Source: Antedon mediterranea (lineage: Eukaryota > Animalia > Echinodermata). From it: a stretch of DNA of 64,000 nt. Position numbers and translations under genes: made by a program. The DNA lies in assembly GCF_964355755.1 (NCBI RefSeq), contig NC_092677.1, positions 25,221,175 through 25,285,174 of the forward strand. Direction: 5' to 3'. The notes under the pieces were generated by a model. That model worked only from the letters and a program-made list of their open reading frames with translations, made no database searches and had not been told where the DNA came from. Shown here one piece after another: positions 47,101 to 60,307 of the stretch (position 1 is its first letter; each line of letters begins with the position of its first letter).

Positions 47101-48805
47101 TAAAAGCTATATTGAAACTCGGGATGAGAATTTGTTTTCTAAAATGTATGTTTTTATTTTGATATTCGAACAATGTTTAGGTATAAGCGTACCACGTTCA
47201 TTTATAGTCATCATGCTACCAAGTATTGGGATGGAGTTATCATCAAACCAAGTGAGAGCTGAGGCAGTTGCAGTTGTCTATCTGCTCTTTGGTCTTGGTG
47301 CTCTCTTGACACCTTTTGTTACAGGTAAATATTTCCTTTAAATGTTGTGGAAAAAGTAAGCTTACGAAGATACTTTGAATTACTGTATTACCTACCGGGC
47401 TCGCAACGGCTTGGAGGCTCTTCATAACAGTTTGGAGGCTCTCCACAATAGTTTGGAGGCTCTCCACAATAGTTTGGATGCTCTCCACTGTAGTCTGGAG
47501 GCTCTGCACAACAGTCTAGAGGCTCTCCACAGTAGTTTGGATGCTCTCCACTGTAGTCTGGAGGCTCTCCACAACAGTCTAGAGGCTCCACAAAAGTAAG
47601 TCTGAAGGTTCTCCACAGTAGTATGGAAGCTCTTCACAACAGTACGTCTGGGGGATCACCACAACAGTACGTCTGGAGGCACTCCACAACAGTACGTCTC
47701 TGGAGGCTCTCCACAACAGTACATCTGGAGGCTCTTGACTCCACAGTACGTCTGGAGGCTCTTGACTCCACAGTACGTCTGGAACCTCTCCACAACAGTA
47801 TGTCTGGAGGCTCTCCACAACATTCTGGAGGCTCTATCCACAACAGTCTGGAGGCTCTCCATAGTAGTCTTGAGGCTCTCCATAGTAGTCTGGAGGCTCT
47901 CCGTAGTAGTCTGGAGGCTCTCCACAACAGTTCGGAGGCTCTCGACTCCACAAGTACAATGGAGGCTCTCGACAACAACAGTACGTCTGGAGGCTCTCCA
48001 CAACAGTAGCTCTGGGGGCTCTGCACAATAGTACGTCTGGAGACTCTCCACAGTACGTCTGGAGGCTCTCCACAATAGTCTGACGCTCTCCACAACAGTC
48101 TAGAGGCTCTCCACAACATTCGGGAGGCTCTCCGTAGTAGTCTGCAGGATCAAAAACAGTACGTCTGAATGTTCTCCATAGTAGTATGGGGGCTCTGCAC
48201 AACAGTCTGGAGGCTCTCCGTAGTAGTCTTGAGGCTCTCCACAATACGTCTGAAGGTTCTCCACAGCAGTATGGGGGCTCTGCACAACAGTCTGGAGGCT
48301 TTCCATAGTAGTCTGGAGGCTCTCCACAGTACGTCTGGAGGCTCTCCACAACATTCGGGAGGCTCTCCGTAGTAGTCAGCGCTTTGAAACCTTTGTCTCT
48401 TGCGCTTTATAAATGTTATTTATTATTTATTATTATTATTAGTCTGGCAGCTCTCCACGACAGTCTACAGGATCTTTAAAACAATACGTCTGAAGGTTCT
48501 CCACAGTAGTATGGGGGCTCTGCACAACAGTCTGGGCTCACCACAACAGGCCCGATGACTTGTTAGGAAAGTTAGCTTTGAAATGTTAATCCTTTCTTAC
48601 TTACCTTTTTTTTCTTTTCCTTCATTGTATTCTTTCAGATACAGTATATGATGTTTTTGGTTCGTACGACATAGCCTGGTTTATTTGTGCAGGTCTTTAC
48701 GTAGTTACAGCGATGTTCATCTTTGTTGCCGTCTGTTTAAATAAAAAGCGAATGCAGCCTTCCATTCGAAATTATAATCTGAAAAAAGAGAGTTTAAAGT
48801 TATAA
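44172..48805 (+). CDS. SLC16/monocarboxylate-transporter-like MFS protein, diverged paralog, 6 exons, ~525 aa
   Basis: Exons 44172-44337, 45144-45440, 45712-46289, 46694-46919, 47181-47324, 48639-48805 (1578 nt, GT-AG, in phase). Motifs HWAIVVIAAAF, GHRKAVVLG...SSFA...LYISYGVLFGFG, YSWRVALRI, DLLTRI...SDR, YDVFGSYD. Confidence 0.9.
44413..45040. mobile_element. Two fragments of a CTTGGTTCCCACT-type MITE family in intron 1
   Basis: GACAAG.GACAGTTCGAAT...CCATCGCTTGTGATT core at ~44477-44514 and ~44947-44980. Ends CTTGGTTC (44414) and AGTGGGAACCAA (45029-45040) match the 46966 element. Confidence 0.65.
45880..46082 (+). repeat. 33-bp coding minisatellite (~6 units, ETQ[YC]ELHANEE)
   Basis: GAAACGCAAT(A/G)TGAGTTACACGCAAACGAAGAG repeated in frame within exon 3. 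Confidence 0.95.
46357..46655 (+). mobile_element. tRNA-derived SINE copy with a different 3' tail
   Basis: GGTTAAGACAGTGGAACCGTAAT...CGGCAAGGGT head and GGATAAGGAATATAAACCGTAGGGCCAG...GAGTAGGGGGTTATCCCGGTGTAC core are shared with the 24.8-kb SINE. Ends AGCGCATAGAGAC...GCTATACAAAT. Confidence 0.7.
46966..47046. mobile_element. 81-bp Harbinger-type MITE
   Basis: TAA|AGCTTGGTTCCCACTGGA...TCTAGTGGGAACCAAGCT|TAA. Confidence 0.85.
47405..48550. repeat. 21-25-bp minisatellite (AGTCTGGAGGCTCTCCACAAC) in intron 5
   Basis: Several dozen degenerate units; accounts for the many overlapping ORFs at 47.2-48.4 kb. Confidence 0.95.
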
Positions 48806-49832
48806 AAATCAATAGTATTTTGCACCTTTTTTCTATTAAATAATACGTTATACGTAATTTGTGCCCGAGTCTTTCTTTATTCTGATCTAAGCTGTTATGG
48901 AGAATTGTACCCCATGGTTGATGTATGGAACGTACAATGGGTTAAAATATGATTTCAGGATTAACATTATTATAATACCAAATAATAATAGGAAATCGTA
49001 CACGGAAACTGGAAAATAAAAAATGTACACTTGTTTTAATAGAAGTATTGGAGAGTGTAGTCGTCTAGTGTTTACTATTTCTAGTAGGTTAATCTAGTTA
49101 TTTCTAATGTTTTAAACTCATTTCAATCTTTCTACAGAATTGTCGCCTAGCTTCTTTTCTAGTTTAATAGTACTCTAATCTTTTAATCTGCCATTTCCAT
49201 CTTTCTATAGAATAGTTTAATTAAAATAAATCCAATAAAAATTGGTTAGAATTACTGTATTCGATCGACACAGAATTCTGGTCTTCTCTTTGGTATTGCA
49301 TACCTCAAAGAAATTTTTTTTAATAGATCACTACTTTCACACTTTTAACGTAACGTTATGTATACACTTATTCGGACTCATAATAACACTTGATAATTTG
49401 TATGGTTAATATTTAGTTTGTTGTTTTAAAATGTTAATTAGAATATACCATCGAAAAAATTGCCATAGAAATTGATATTAATATGGTTAATGATAAACTG
49501 TTTTTTTTATAGTGGACTAACGGCGCATACTCAAAGTGAATTGAATATTACGGTTTTATTGTTTGTATCTATACAAAGTGTGTGTATTTATTGTTGTATA
49601 TCATTATTATTCTCGAGGGTAGTTTATCATTTGTTCGTTTTATTTAGTACGTCTGTCGTTATTGCTGGAGTATTATTATATTGGGGCATGAGCAGTCACA
49701 AAGAATGGTAAAAACCTACTCAATAATAATCTTAGCCTACATATCTATTTAGCGAATCATCAAGATTGTTTTTTTGAAAGACAGTTCAGGAAGGCACAAG
49801 TTCTAGTCCGGGTATATTAGCTGCCAGACAAT

Positions 49833-52800
49833 ATGTCTTGTGACTCAAAAGGCATATGCGATTTTTTCAAGAAATACTGGTCGATTGTAATAGTTTTCAC
49901 AGCATTTATAAATAACATTTTTTATTCTGGATTCATATACAGCTACAACTTACTCTACCTTGAACTCCATAATACATTTAATTCAACGGCTACACAGACA
50001 GGTGAGTATGTTTTGTCTCACATAGCGTTTCATACGTATCACAGTACGTATGCTGGATAGAAACGTCGACTGACTGTGGAATACGCCAACAACATAAAAA
50101 AGAAAATACCTGTAATCAAGGCAATCTAGGAAAAGGACATTGCGCTCTCCTTGTCATGATAGGAACTCGTAACAGTCCTTAGATATTATGTCTGGCTGCG
50201 ACAAATACCAACAGTACTGTACTATGTACATCAGTGGCGCGCGGTGTCTGTTAAGGGGCGTGTCGTGTCGCAGCCACAGATAAACCCTTTGATCCCCGGA
50301 GCTCAGCATCCTGTTGATGTTCGATTGCCTTGCTAGAGACGTAACCACAACATAATATTAAAATTGTAAATATATTTTCAGGTATTCCTGGAGCTGTATC
50401 AGTGTCGTTATTCAGTGGGTGCTGCATTTTCGTAACCTTTATCTTTCAAAAGATTGGGCACCAGAAGACCATTATCCTCGGGGTCACACTCTGCTGTCTG
50501 GGACTGCTGGTGTCATCCTTTTCTCAGCGCATCACGTGGTTATATATTACATATGGTGTTTTCTATGGATTCGGTATCTGCTGTATATACATGAGCTTTA
50601 CTGATAAAATTATGAGAAGTTTCAAAAAGAGATATTCATCAACGGTAACGTGTACAGCATTTATTGGTGCAAGTCTAGGTAAGACTTTTTAAGAGTTTAA
50701 TACGAGTAAATATATTCTTAAAAACTTTACGTCCTACTCCTTCATGGTGAACTGGGCCCTCTGAGGGAACAGTCTTTGACTGAAGAGGCTACCCAGTATA
50801 AAGAAATAATAATAATAATAATAATAGAAAGAAAATAATAAATGATGACATTAAAATGCGTGCGCAGAATTACTCTTTTTACTCGGTAGTCTGCGAGTTA
50901 CGCGTGCGCGTCCTGAAAGATCCCTACTAAAAACGACATGTGCGTTATTTTGTAGGTATTATGCTTGCACCTGTTATCGAATGGTTATACAAGCAGTATA
51001 AATGGAGAGTGACATTACGAATATTTAGCGGTGTATTCGCTGTAATTGGGTATTCATCAACACTGGTTTTAGTGGACTGTGAGTCGACGACACATGGACA
51101 CTATAATGAAACAGAAGAAAGTGATGATAATGAAGAAGGAAAACAGAATAAAGATGAAAACAATTCTGAACATGAAGGCAGACAGGATGAAGATACAAAT
51201 GATTCTATTGAAAAGCTTGAACGAAAAGAAGAAGAAAACTCAGAGCAAAGTGATGACAACAAAGAAAATGACCACAATGATGGCGAACCCGTAATGTTCA
51301 AAGAGGTAAACCACACTAATGACGTCAGCAATGATAAGATGTATGAAGAACCACCACGTGTAAACGATGTATTACAGGACCTTGTGACAGTCAACGATGA
51401 GAAACATGAAATTTCAACTAGGCCTACTACTACAATGAGTTTATACTTTCTAAAATACATAACTGTGTTCAGACGAAAGGATTTTGTAACAGCTTTACTA
51501 GGAGTACTGTTAACAGCCACTGCTGTATTGTTTTCGTATATCAGTGTTGTGAGTTCACATTGAAGCAATCCACACAGATTTTAGGGCCTTAAGCTCTGTC
51601 TACACTATCAAACTAGTTTGACAAAAAAGTGTGATGTGCCCAAATATGGTAGTGGTATGACATCATCATGTCCATATATGGGCACATCACATTTTTTGTC
51701 ACATAAACTTTGATAATGTGGACAGAGCTTTAGACCCAATAAATGTATTACTAATCAATCATACCATTTTGTTAATAATAATATACTTTTTAGGCTATTT
51801 TCCAATTTACCGTGTCACCGTGTTTGACAACACAGAGCTTTTAGACGACCTCCTAGGCATGGGCTTACTATTCAGACAAAAGACCCCACAAACCTGTTTC
51901 AAAATAGACTTTGTTTAAGTTTGTTTCCTATACTATTATATTTAACTTCTTCTAGGGAAACTTTCTGTTTCAAAAGGGCGTGGAGAAGGTAAATATATCC
52001 ATCGTTATGCTTTGGATGGGTTTTGGTGACGTCATTGGAAGGATACTGACAGCAGTATGTTCTGATAGACTTCCCGTGTCCAGACTTTGCCAATACGCAA
52101 TAACTGACATCGTCGCAGCCGTAACGTCTATTTGTTTACCGTTCATTTCGACTGAAAAGGGCCTTACAGTGGCCTTATTTGGTAAATATTCAGTTTATTA
52201 AAAGACAAATTAATAGTAGGCTTATAACATACATATACAGTATTAAACAATAATCGTACCAGGTCTGTCCGTCCATAACTGCATCATGTCGGTACTTTTC
52301 TTTTAGTTCTAAGCATGCCTCGTGCTGTTTTAAACATTTTACCGGCAGCTCTATCAACGGAAATTTCGACGGATGAAACGCGACCTGAAGCAATGGCCCT
52401 TGTATATTTAATGTTCGGCATTGGGGCACTTATCACGCCATATATTACAGGTACGATGTTATTGATATAACAATAATTATTCTATCGACAAAAATTACCA
52501 AACTAACCTAATTAACGCATGCGTGCCGTATGACGTAATATGTCAGGTAATATGTTCAGCGCGTAATCAAACATCGCCCGGAACTCCATTCCCCAACCCG
52601 TCCAAATAAAAATCCCGACCCGCTTCTGAAATAATCGGAATTTTACTTTCTTATATTTCAAGATTCTATTTATGACGTCACTGGGACGTATGACTTGACC
52701 TGGATTATCTGTACAGCTCTTTACGTCATCGCAGCCATTTTCCTTTTACTTGCACTACACATTAAGAAACAAAACAACGTATTGGTTTACGATCGAGTGG

Positions 52801-52835
52801 AAAAAACAGAAATTAGGCCTACAGCAGAATTATGA
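49833..52835 (+). CDS. SLC16/MCT-like transporter, tandem copy A, ~533 aa
   Basis: Exons 49833-50001, 50382-50678, 50956-51548, 51956-52181, 52307-52450, 52663-52835 (1602 nt, in phase). Same intron positions as the 44172 paralog. Confidence 0.92.
50750..50825 (+). mobile_element. 3' tail fragment of the tRNA-derived SINE (also ~57246-57309 and ~63723-63785)
   Basis: AACTGGG...CAGTCTTTGACTGAAGAGG..ACCCAGTATAAA + (AAT)n is the reverse complement of 24730-24786. Confidence 0.75.
51592..51729. mobile_element. Harbinger-type MITE (duplicate at 58069-58206)
   Basis: TTA|AGCTCTGTCTACACTATCAAA...TTTGATAATGTGGACAGAGCT|TTA. Confidence 0.9.
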
Positions 52836-53084
52836 TTATATTAAAAAAGAGTCTTTTTGTTGTTAGTAATATATAATAAGGAAGGGTAGTTTTAGATCGT
52901 ATTAATGCACGAATTCTGTGTTTCATCGATTTTGTAGCTAAAATTGAAAACCTGGGCTTAAGTTATTATTATTTTGTGAAGAGCTACATGCATCAATGAG
53001 TTACATAAAAATAAATGCAGTACGATTATTTTCGCTACCCTATCAATAATGGAATCTTCAATTGGTAAACAAAGTCGGTAGTGC

Positions 53085-53815
53085 ATGACGATGAACGACT
53101 TGGGGACAAACGACTTGGGGACAACCGACTTGATGATGAACAACTTTAGGACGAATGACTTAATGATAAACGACCTTATGATGAATGACTTGAGGGCGAT
53201 CGACTTGAGGGCGAACGACTTGATGATGAACGACTTGGAGATAAACAACTTCAAGACGAAAGAAGTAAGTCTGTATTGCAATCATTGGTACTTGACGATG
53301 AACAACTTTAGGACGAATGACTTGAGGACAAACGACCTTATGATGAATGACTTGAGGGCGAACGACTTGAAGACGAACGACTTGATGATGAACAACTTGA
53401 GGACAAATGACTTGACGATGAACAACTTTAGGACGAACGACTTGAAGAAGAACGACTTGAAGACGAACGACTTGGGGACGAACGACTTGATGGTGAACAA
53501 CTTGAAGACAAACGACTTTATGATGAACAACTTTAGGACGAACGACTTAATGATGAATGACTTGAGGACGAACGACTTAATGATGAATGATTTAATGATG
53601 AACGACTTAATGATGAATGACTTTAGGACGAACGACTTACTGATGACTGACTTAATGATGAACGACTTGAGGACGAACGACTTGAAGACGAACGACTTGA
53701 AGACGAATGACTTGAGGACGAACGACTAGAAGTCGAACGACTCTGAGACGAACGACTCGAGGACAAACGACTTAATGATGAATGACGTAACGACGAATGA
53801 CTTGAAGACGAACGG
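53085..53815. repeat. 15-bp minisatellite (GACGAACGACTT-NNN), decaying further to ~54120
   Basis: Roughly 45 units; repeated at ~59562-60307 with one extra unit. Confidence 0.95.
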
Positions 53816-54205
53816 GTTGGCTTGGTCATGAAACAAATAGATTCATGATGATTGGTTTGGCTTCACGGTGATTGGTCTGGCGATGAACAATTTGACTTTA
53901 TGGTGAAGGGTTTGGTTTCGCGATGAACGATCTGGCTTCACGATGAATGATTTTTCGATGAATCGTTTGACTTGACGGCGACCGATGTGACTTCACGATG
54001 AATGGGTTGGTTTGACGATAAATGATTTCACATGACAATGCATGGCTTGACAATGAATGGTTTTACTTGACAATGAATTGAATGAAATGATAATAAATGG
54101 TGTGGCTGGACGGTGAATGATGTAGGTTCAGGTTGATTGTTTACATGAATGTATTGTTGTTGAATGGTATGGATTGAGGACTTTTGGCGGATTTGGCTTG
54201 CCATA

Positions 54206-55359
54206 CAGTTTCTCCTAAAATGCTCGGAAGTAAGTTAATTTATTGAAAATTATAAAAATCAAAGAGCTGCATAGGCAGAGTATATGAATACTGTAGATAA
54301 AATCAAAAACAAAATTTTAACTCTGCCTTAAAACATGTTTTGGGCATAGCACGTCATCAGGTAAAGTGAATTGTTACAACAAGAAAATATGAAGTCAATA
54401 AAGTACAAAGAACAACTGTCAGTGGCTAATCAAAGTTGGTTAAAACAAAAGACAATTGGAAAATACCTATGTACATGGCACATCCGGATTGTCTGCAATT
54501 TTTAGATTAGATTTTTATATGCGACTCTATAGCTCACGATGTCGGTTGGTAAACACTATAACTCATATTCATATTTTTTCGTTATTTAGACACTGGATAT
54601 TAATACTTGGATGCAAATATAAATGTTTTTCAAAAATGTTCAACATTTTAAAACATTTTCAGCAATTTCGGTTAGTCGGTCGGTCGGTAAACACTAACTC
54701 ATATTTACATTCCTTGTTTTAAATGTTCGTTATATGGTTTATTTATGATAAAAAGAGAATATCTTGGTGTTTGTTGCTTTTTTCACATCATTATCATCAT
54801 GTTCAGCTGTATGGGTGTTGTTGCATGTTTGCCCAAAACAGTTATGACGTTAATTTGTTTTCATCTTTAAATAGTTAAAAAGTTAAAGTCTAGGCTTGCC
54901 AGTTAGAGAACATTCAAGAGTGCATTCTCTTTTAAAACAAGGAATGACCTGGTTTCATGTTTCTGAATGCATTATTTTTACAAATAAAATGGTTTTTACA
55001 TTTGTTTTTGACAATCCGGAGTATAATATATGCCATGTACATACTCTAGTGTTTGCCAATTGGGCATTTTCATGCAAAATGTATATGACCAGGTCTGAAA
55101 ATTTCATTTTCACAGTATCATAACGTCTATACATTTCATAAATTACATAAAAGTTATACTTCTATGAACAAAAATAATTATGTAATTTCTATAATAAAAT
55201 AATAAAAAATAACGTTGTGATTTCAACAAAACACTAATTCGCGTATGTAACACGAGTTAAAACTTTAATTTTATTCATATACTCTGCCTATGCAACTCTT
55301 TGATTTTTTAAATTTTCAATAATTCAACTTACTTCTGAGCATTTTAGGGCAAACTTTTG
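54206..55359. mobile_element. Non-autonomous TIR element with ~85-bp TIRs, Tc1/mariner-like (duplicate ~60698-61843)
   Basis: TA|CAGTTTCTCCTAAAATGCTCGGAAGTAAGTT...GCATAGGCAGAGTATATGAATA (54206-54290) is the inverse of 55272-55355. Right flank ends TG|TA. Confidence 0.75.
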
Positions 55360-55361
55360 TA

Positions 55362-55921
55362 TTAGACTAAATAGAAATGTATATGTTCCAAACAATTTGA
55401 CACCAAAAGTAACGCTATACGACAAATACTGTCTCGAGATACGGTAAAAGATATATGAATAGGTCAATAAGAGGTCAATAACCTCACTTCCGGTCATTTT
55501 GGGATAAAATATTTCATTACACCAAATAAAAATATGCATGTTCTGAACAATTTGGACCTAATCCCAATTTTCTATGATAAGCCATTACCGAGATATGATA
55601 AGACCAGGTCAAAGGTCAAACTGCCAGAAACTGCAGTAGCGACCATTTTTTGACAACATTTTCTGTTAGAGCAAATAGGAATGTATATATCGTGAACTAT
55701 TTGACACCAAAATCAATACTCTATGACAAGCGGTTACAAAGTTATAGACTAATTTTTAAAAATAGCAGCCATTTTGGACGCCATCTTGGATTTCTCGGAG
55801 AGCACAAGGAGGATTTTTCGGGACTTTTAGTATGATGTTCCAAGCATAGTTCTGGACCTTTCCTGCAAAAATTAGCTTGTTACCAGAAATGTCCGGGTCA
55901 AACCCTAATGCTCATGGGCTA
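55362..55921 (+). mobile_element. Probable right end of a non-autonomous DNA transposon (Academ-like ..CTA end) at the duplication junction; duplicate ~61846-62405
   Basis: Internal ~155-bp degenerate repeats (AA.A.ATG.AT.T..T..AAC.ATTTG), AGGTCAAAGGTCA, GCCATTTTGGACGCCATCTTGGATT, and terminal AGCTTGTTACCAGAAATG...GGGCTA. The family call is inference. Confidence 0.45.
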
Positions 55922-56328
55922 AATGTTAATTAGAATATACCATCGAAAAATTGCCATAGAAATTGATATTAATATGGTTAATGATAAACTGTTTTTATAA
56001 TAGTGGACTAACGGCGCATACTCAAAGTGAATTGAATATTACGGTTTTATTGTATGTATCTATACAAAGTGTGTGTATTTATTGTTGTACAGTATATCAT
56101 TATTATTCTCGAGGGTAGTTTATCATTTGTTCGTTTTATTTAGTACGTCTGTCGTTATTGCTGGAGTATTATTATATTGGGGCATGAGCAGTCACAAAGA
56201 ATGGTAAAAACCTACTCAATAATAATCTTAGCCTACATATCTATTAAGCGAATCATCGAGATTGTTTTTTTGAAAGACAGTTCAGGAAGGCACAAGTTCT
56301 AGTCCGGGTATATTAGCTGCCAGACAAT

Positions 56329-59312
56329 ATGTCTTGTGACTCAAAAGGCATATGCGATTTTTTCAAGAAATACTGGTCGATTGTAATAGTTTTTACTGCA
56401 TTTATAAATAACATTTTTTATTCTGGATTCATACACAGCTACAACTTACTCTACCTTGAACTCCATAATACATTTAATTCAACGGCTACACAGACAGGTG
56501 AGTATGTTTTGTCTCACATAGCGTTTCATACGTATCACAGTACGTATGCTGGATAGAAACGTCGACTGACTGTGGAATACGCCAACAACATAAAAAAGAA
56601 AATACCTGTAATCAAGGCAATCTAGCAAAAGGACACTGCGCTCTCCTTGTCATGATAGGAACTCGTAACAGTCCTTAGATATTATGTCTCGCTGCGACAA
56701 ATATCAAAAGATTTGTACTATGTACATCAGCGGCGCGCGGTGTCTGTTAAGGGGCGTGGAACTGATCGTGTCGCAGCCACAGATAAACCCTTTGATCCCC
56801 GGAGCTCAGCATCCTGTTGATGTTCGATTGCCTTGCTAGATACGTAACCACAACATAATATTAAAATTGTAAATATATTTTCAGGTATTCCTGGAGCTGT
56901 ATCAGTGTCGTTATTCAGTGGGTGCTGCATTTTCGTAACCTTTATCTTTCAAAAGATTGGGCACCAGAAGACCGTCATCCTCGGAGTCACACTCTGCTGT
57001 CTGGGACTGCTGGTGTCATCCTTTTCTCAGCGCATCACGTGGTTATATATTACATATGGTGTTTTCTATGGATTCGGTATCTGCTGTATATACATGAGCT
57101 TTACTGATAAAATTATGAGAAGTTTCAAAAAGAGATATTCATCAACGGTAACGTGTACAGCATTTATTGGTGCAAGTCTAGGTAAGACTTTAATACGAGT
57201 AAATATAATATTCTTAAAAGCTTTACGTCTTACTCCTTCATGGTGAACTGGGCCTTTGACTGAAGAGGCTACCCAGTATAAAGAAATAATAATAATAATA
57301 ATAATAATAGAAAGAAAATAATAAATGATGACATTAAAATGCGTGCGCAGAATTACTCTTTTTACTCGGTAGTCTGCGAGTTACGCGTGCGCGTCCTGAA
57401 AGATCCCTACTAAAAACAACATGTGCGTTATTTTGTAGGTATTATGCTTGCACCTGTTATCGAATGGTTATACAAGCAGTATAAATGGAGAGTGACATTA
57501 CGAATATTTAGCGGTGTATTCGCTGTAATTGGGTATTCATCAACACTGGTTTTAGTGGACTGTGAGTCGACGACACATGGACACTATAATGAAACAGAAG
57601 AAAGTGATGATAATGAAGAAGGAAAACAGAATAAAGATGAAAACAATTCTGAACATGAATGCAGACAGGATGAAGATACAAATGATTCTATTGAAAAGCT
57701 TGAACGAAAAGAAGAAGACAACTCACGGCAAAGTGATGGCAACAAAGACCACGATGACGGTGAACCCGTAATGTTCAAAGAGGTAGACCACACCAATGAC
57801 GTCAGCAATGCAAAGATGTATGAAGAACCACCCCGTGTAAACGATGTATTACAGGACCTTGTGACAGTCAACGATGAGAAACATGAAATTTCAACTAGGC
57901 CTACTACTACAATGAGTTTATACTTTCTAAAATACATAACTGTGTTCAGACGAAAGGATTTTGTAACAGCTTTACTAGGAGTACTGTTAACAGCCACTGC
58001 TGTACTGTTTTCGTATATCAGTGTTGTGAGTTCACATTGAAGCAATCCACACAGATTTTAGGGCCTTAAGCTCTGTCTACACTATCAAACTAGTTTGACA
58101 AAAAAGTGTGATGTGCCCAAATATGGTAGTGGTATGACATCATCATGTCCATATATGGGCACATCACATTTTTTGTCACATAAACTTTGATAATGTGGAC
58201 AGAGCTTTAGACCCAATAAATGTATTACTAATCAATCATACCATTTTGTTAATAATAATATACTTTTTAGGCTATTTTCTAATTTACCGTGTCACCGTGT
58301 TTGACAACACAGAGCTTTTAGACGTCCTCCTAGGCATGGGCTTACTATTCAGACAAAAGACCCCACAAACCTGTTTCAAAATAGACTTTGTTTAAGTTTG
58401 TTTCCTATACTATTATATTTAACTTCTTCTAGGGAAACTTTCTGTTTCAAAAGGGCGTGGAGAAGGTAAATATATCCATCGTTATGCTTTGGATGGGTTT
58501 TGGTGACGTCATTGGAAGGATACTGACAGCAGTATGTTCTGATAGACTTCCCGTGTCCAGACTTTGCCAATACGCAATAACTGACATCGTCGCAGCCGTA
58601 ACGTCTATTTGTTTACCGTTCATTTCGACTGAAAAGGGCCTTACAGTGGCCTTATTTGGTAAATATTCAGTTTATTAAAAGACAAATTAATAGTAGGCCT
58701 ATAACATACATATACAGTATTAAACAATAATCGTACCAGGTCTGTCGGTCCATAACTGCATCATGTCGGTAATTTTCTTTTAGTTCTAAGCATGCCTCGT
58801 GCTGTTTTAAACATTTTACCGGCAGCTCTATCAACGGAAATTTCGACGGATGAAACGCGACCTGAAGCAATGGCCCTTGTATATTTAATGTTCGGCATTG
58901 GGGCACTTATCACGCCATATATTACAGGTACGATGTTATTGATATAACAATAATTATTCTATCGACAAAAATTACCAAACTAACCTAATTAACGCATGCG
59001 TGCCGTATGACGTAATATGTCAGGTAATATGTTCAGCGCGTAATCAAACATCGCCCGGAACTCCATTCCCCAACCCGTCCAAATAAAAATCCCGACCCGC
59101 TCCTGAAATAATCGGAATTTTACTTTCTTATATTTCAAGATTCTATTTATGACGTCACTGGGACGTATGATTTGACCTGGATTATCTGTACAGCTCTTTA
59201 CGTCATCGCAGCCATTTTCTTTTTACTTGCACTACACATTAAGAAACAAAACAACGTATTGGTTTACGATCGAGTGGAAAAAACAGAAATTAGGCCTACA
59301 GCAGAATTATGA
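56329..59312 (+). CDS. SLC16/MCT-like transporter, tandem copy B, ~531 aa
   Basis: Exons 56329-56497, 56885-57181, 57439-58025, 58433-58658, 58784-58927, 59140-59312. Frame intact; 6-nt deletion in exon 3 relative to copy A. Confidence 0.92.
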
Positions 59313-59561
59313 TTATATTAAAAAAGAGTCTTTTTGTTGTTAGTAATATATAATAAGGAAGGGTAGTTTTAGATCGTATTAATGCACGAATTCTGTGTTT
59401 CATCGATTTTGTAGCTAAAATTGAAAACCTGGGCTTAAGTTATTATTATTTTGTGAAGAGCTACATGCATCAATGAGTTACATAAAAATAAATGCAGTAC
59501 GATTATTTTCGCTACCCTATCAATAATGGAATCTTCAATTGGTAAACAAAGTCGGTAGTGC

Positions 59562-60307
59562 ATGACGATGAACGACTTGGGGACAAACGACTTGGGGACA
59601 ACCGACTTGATGATGAACAACTTTAGGACGAATGACTTAATGATAAACGACCTTATGATGAATGACTTGAGGGCGATCGACTTGAGGGCGAACGACTTGA
59701 TGATGAACGACTTGGAGATAAACAACTTCAAGACGAACGAAGTAAGTCTGTATTGCAATCATTGGTACTTGACGATGAACAACTTTAGGACGAATGACTT
59801 GAGGACAAACGACCTTATGATGAATGACTTGAGGGCGAACGACTTGAAGACGAACGACTTGATGATGAACAACTTGAGGACAAATGACTTGACGATGAAC
59901 AACTTTAGGACGAACGACTTGAAGAAGAACGACTTGAAGAAGAACGACTTGAAGACGAACGACTTGGGGACGAACGACTTGATGGTGAACAACTTGAAGA
60001 CAAACGACTTTATGATGAACAACTTTAGGACGAACGACTTAATGATGAATGACTTGAGGACGAACGACTTAATGATGAATGATTTAATGATGAACGACTT
60101 AATGATGAATGACTTTAGGACGAACGACTTACTGATGACTGACTTAATGATGAACGACTTGAGGACGAACGACTTGAAGACGAACGACTTGAAGACGAAT
60201 GACTTGAGGACGAACGACTAGAAGTCGAACCACTTTGAGACGAACGACTCGAGGACAAACGACTTAATGATTAATGACGTAACGACGAATGACTTGAAGA
60301 CGAACGG
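59562..60307. repeat. 15-bp minisatellite, second copy
   Basis: Matches 53085-53815 plus an extra GAAGAACGACTTGAA unit. Confidence 0.95.

Noticed and set aside
47243-48372. Many overlapping repetitive ORFs (LEALHNS / LLWRASR)
   Set aside because: They arise from a 21-bp intronic minisatellite between in-phase exons 5 and 6 of the transporter gene.
54456-55835. ORFs conserved between duplicate units as possible transposase genes
   Set aside because: Conservation reflects the recent duplication; no DDE or other domain motifs were seen.
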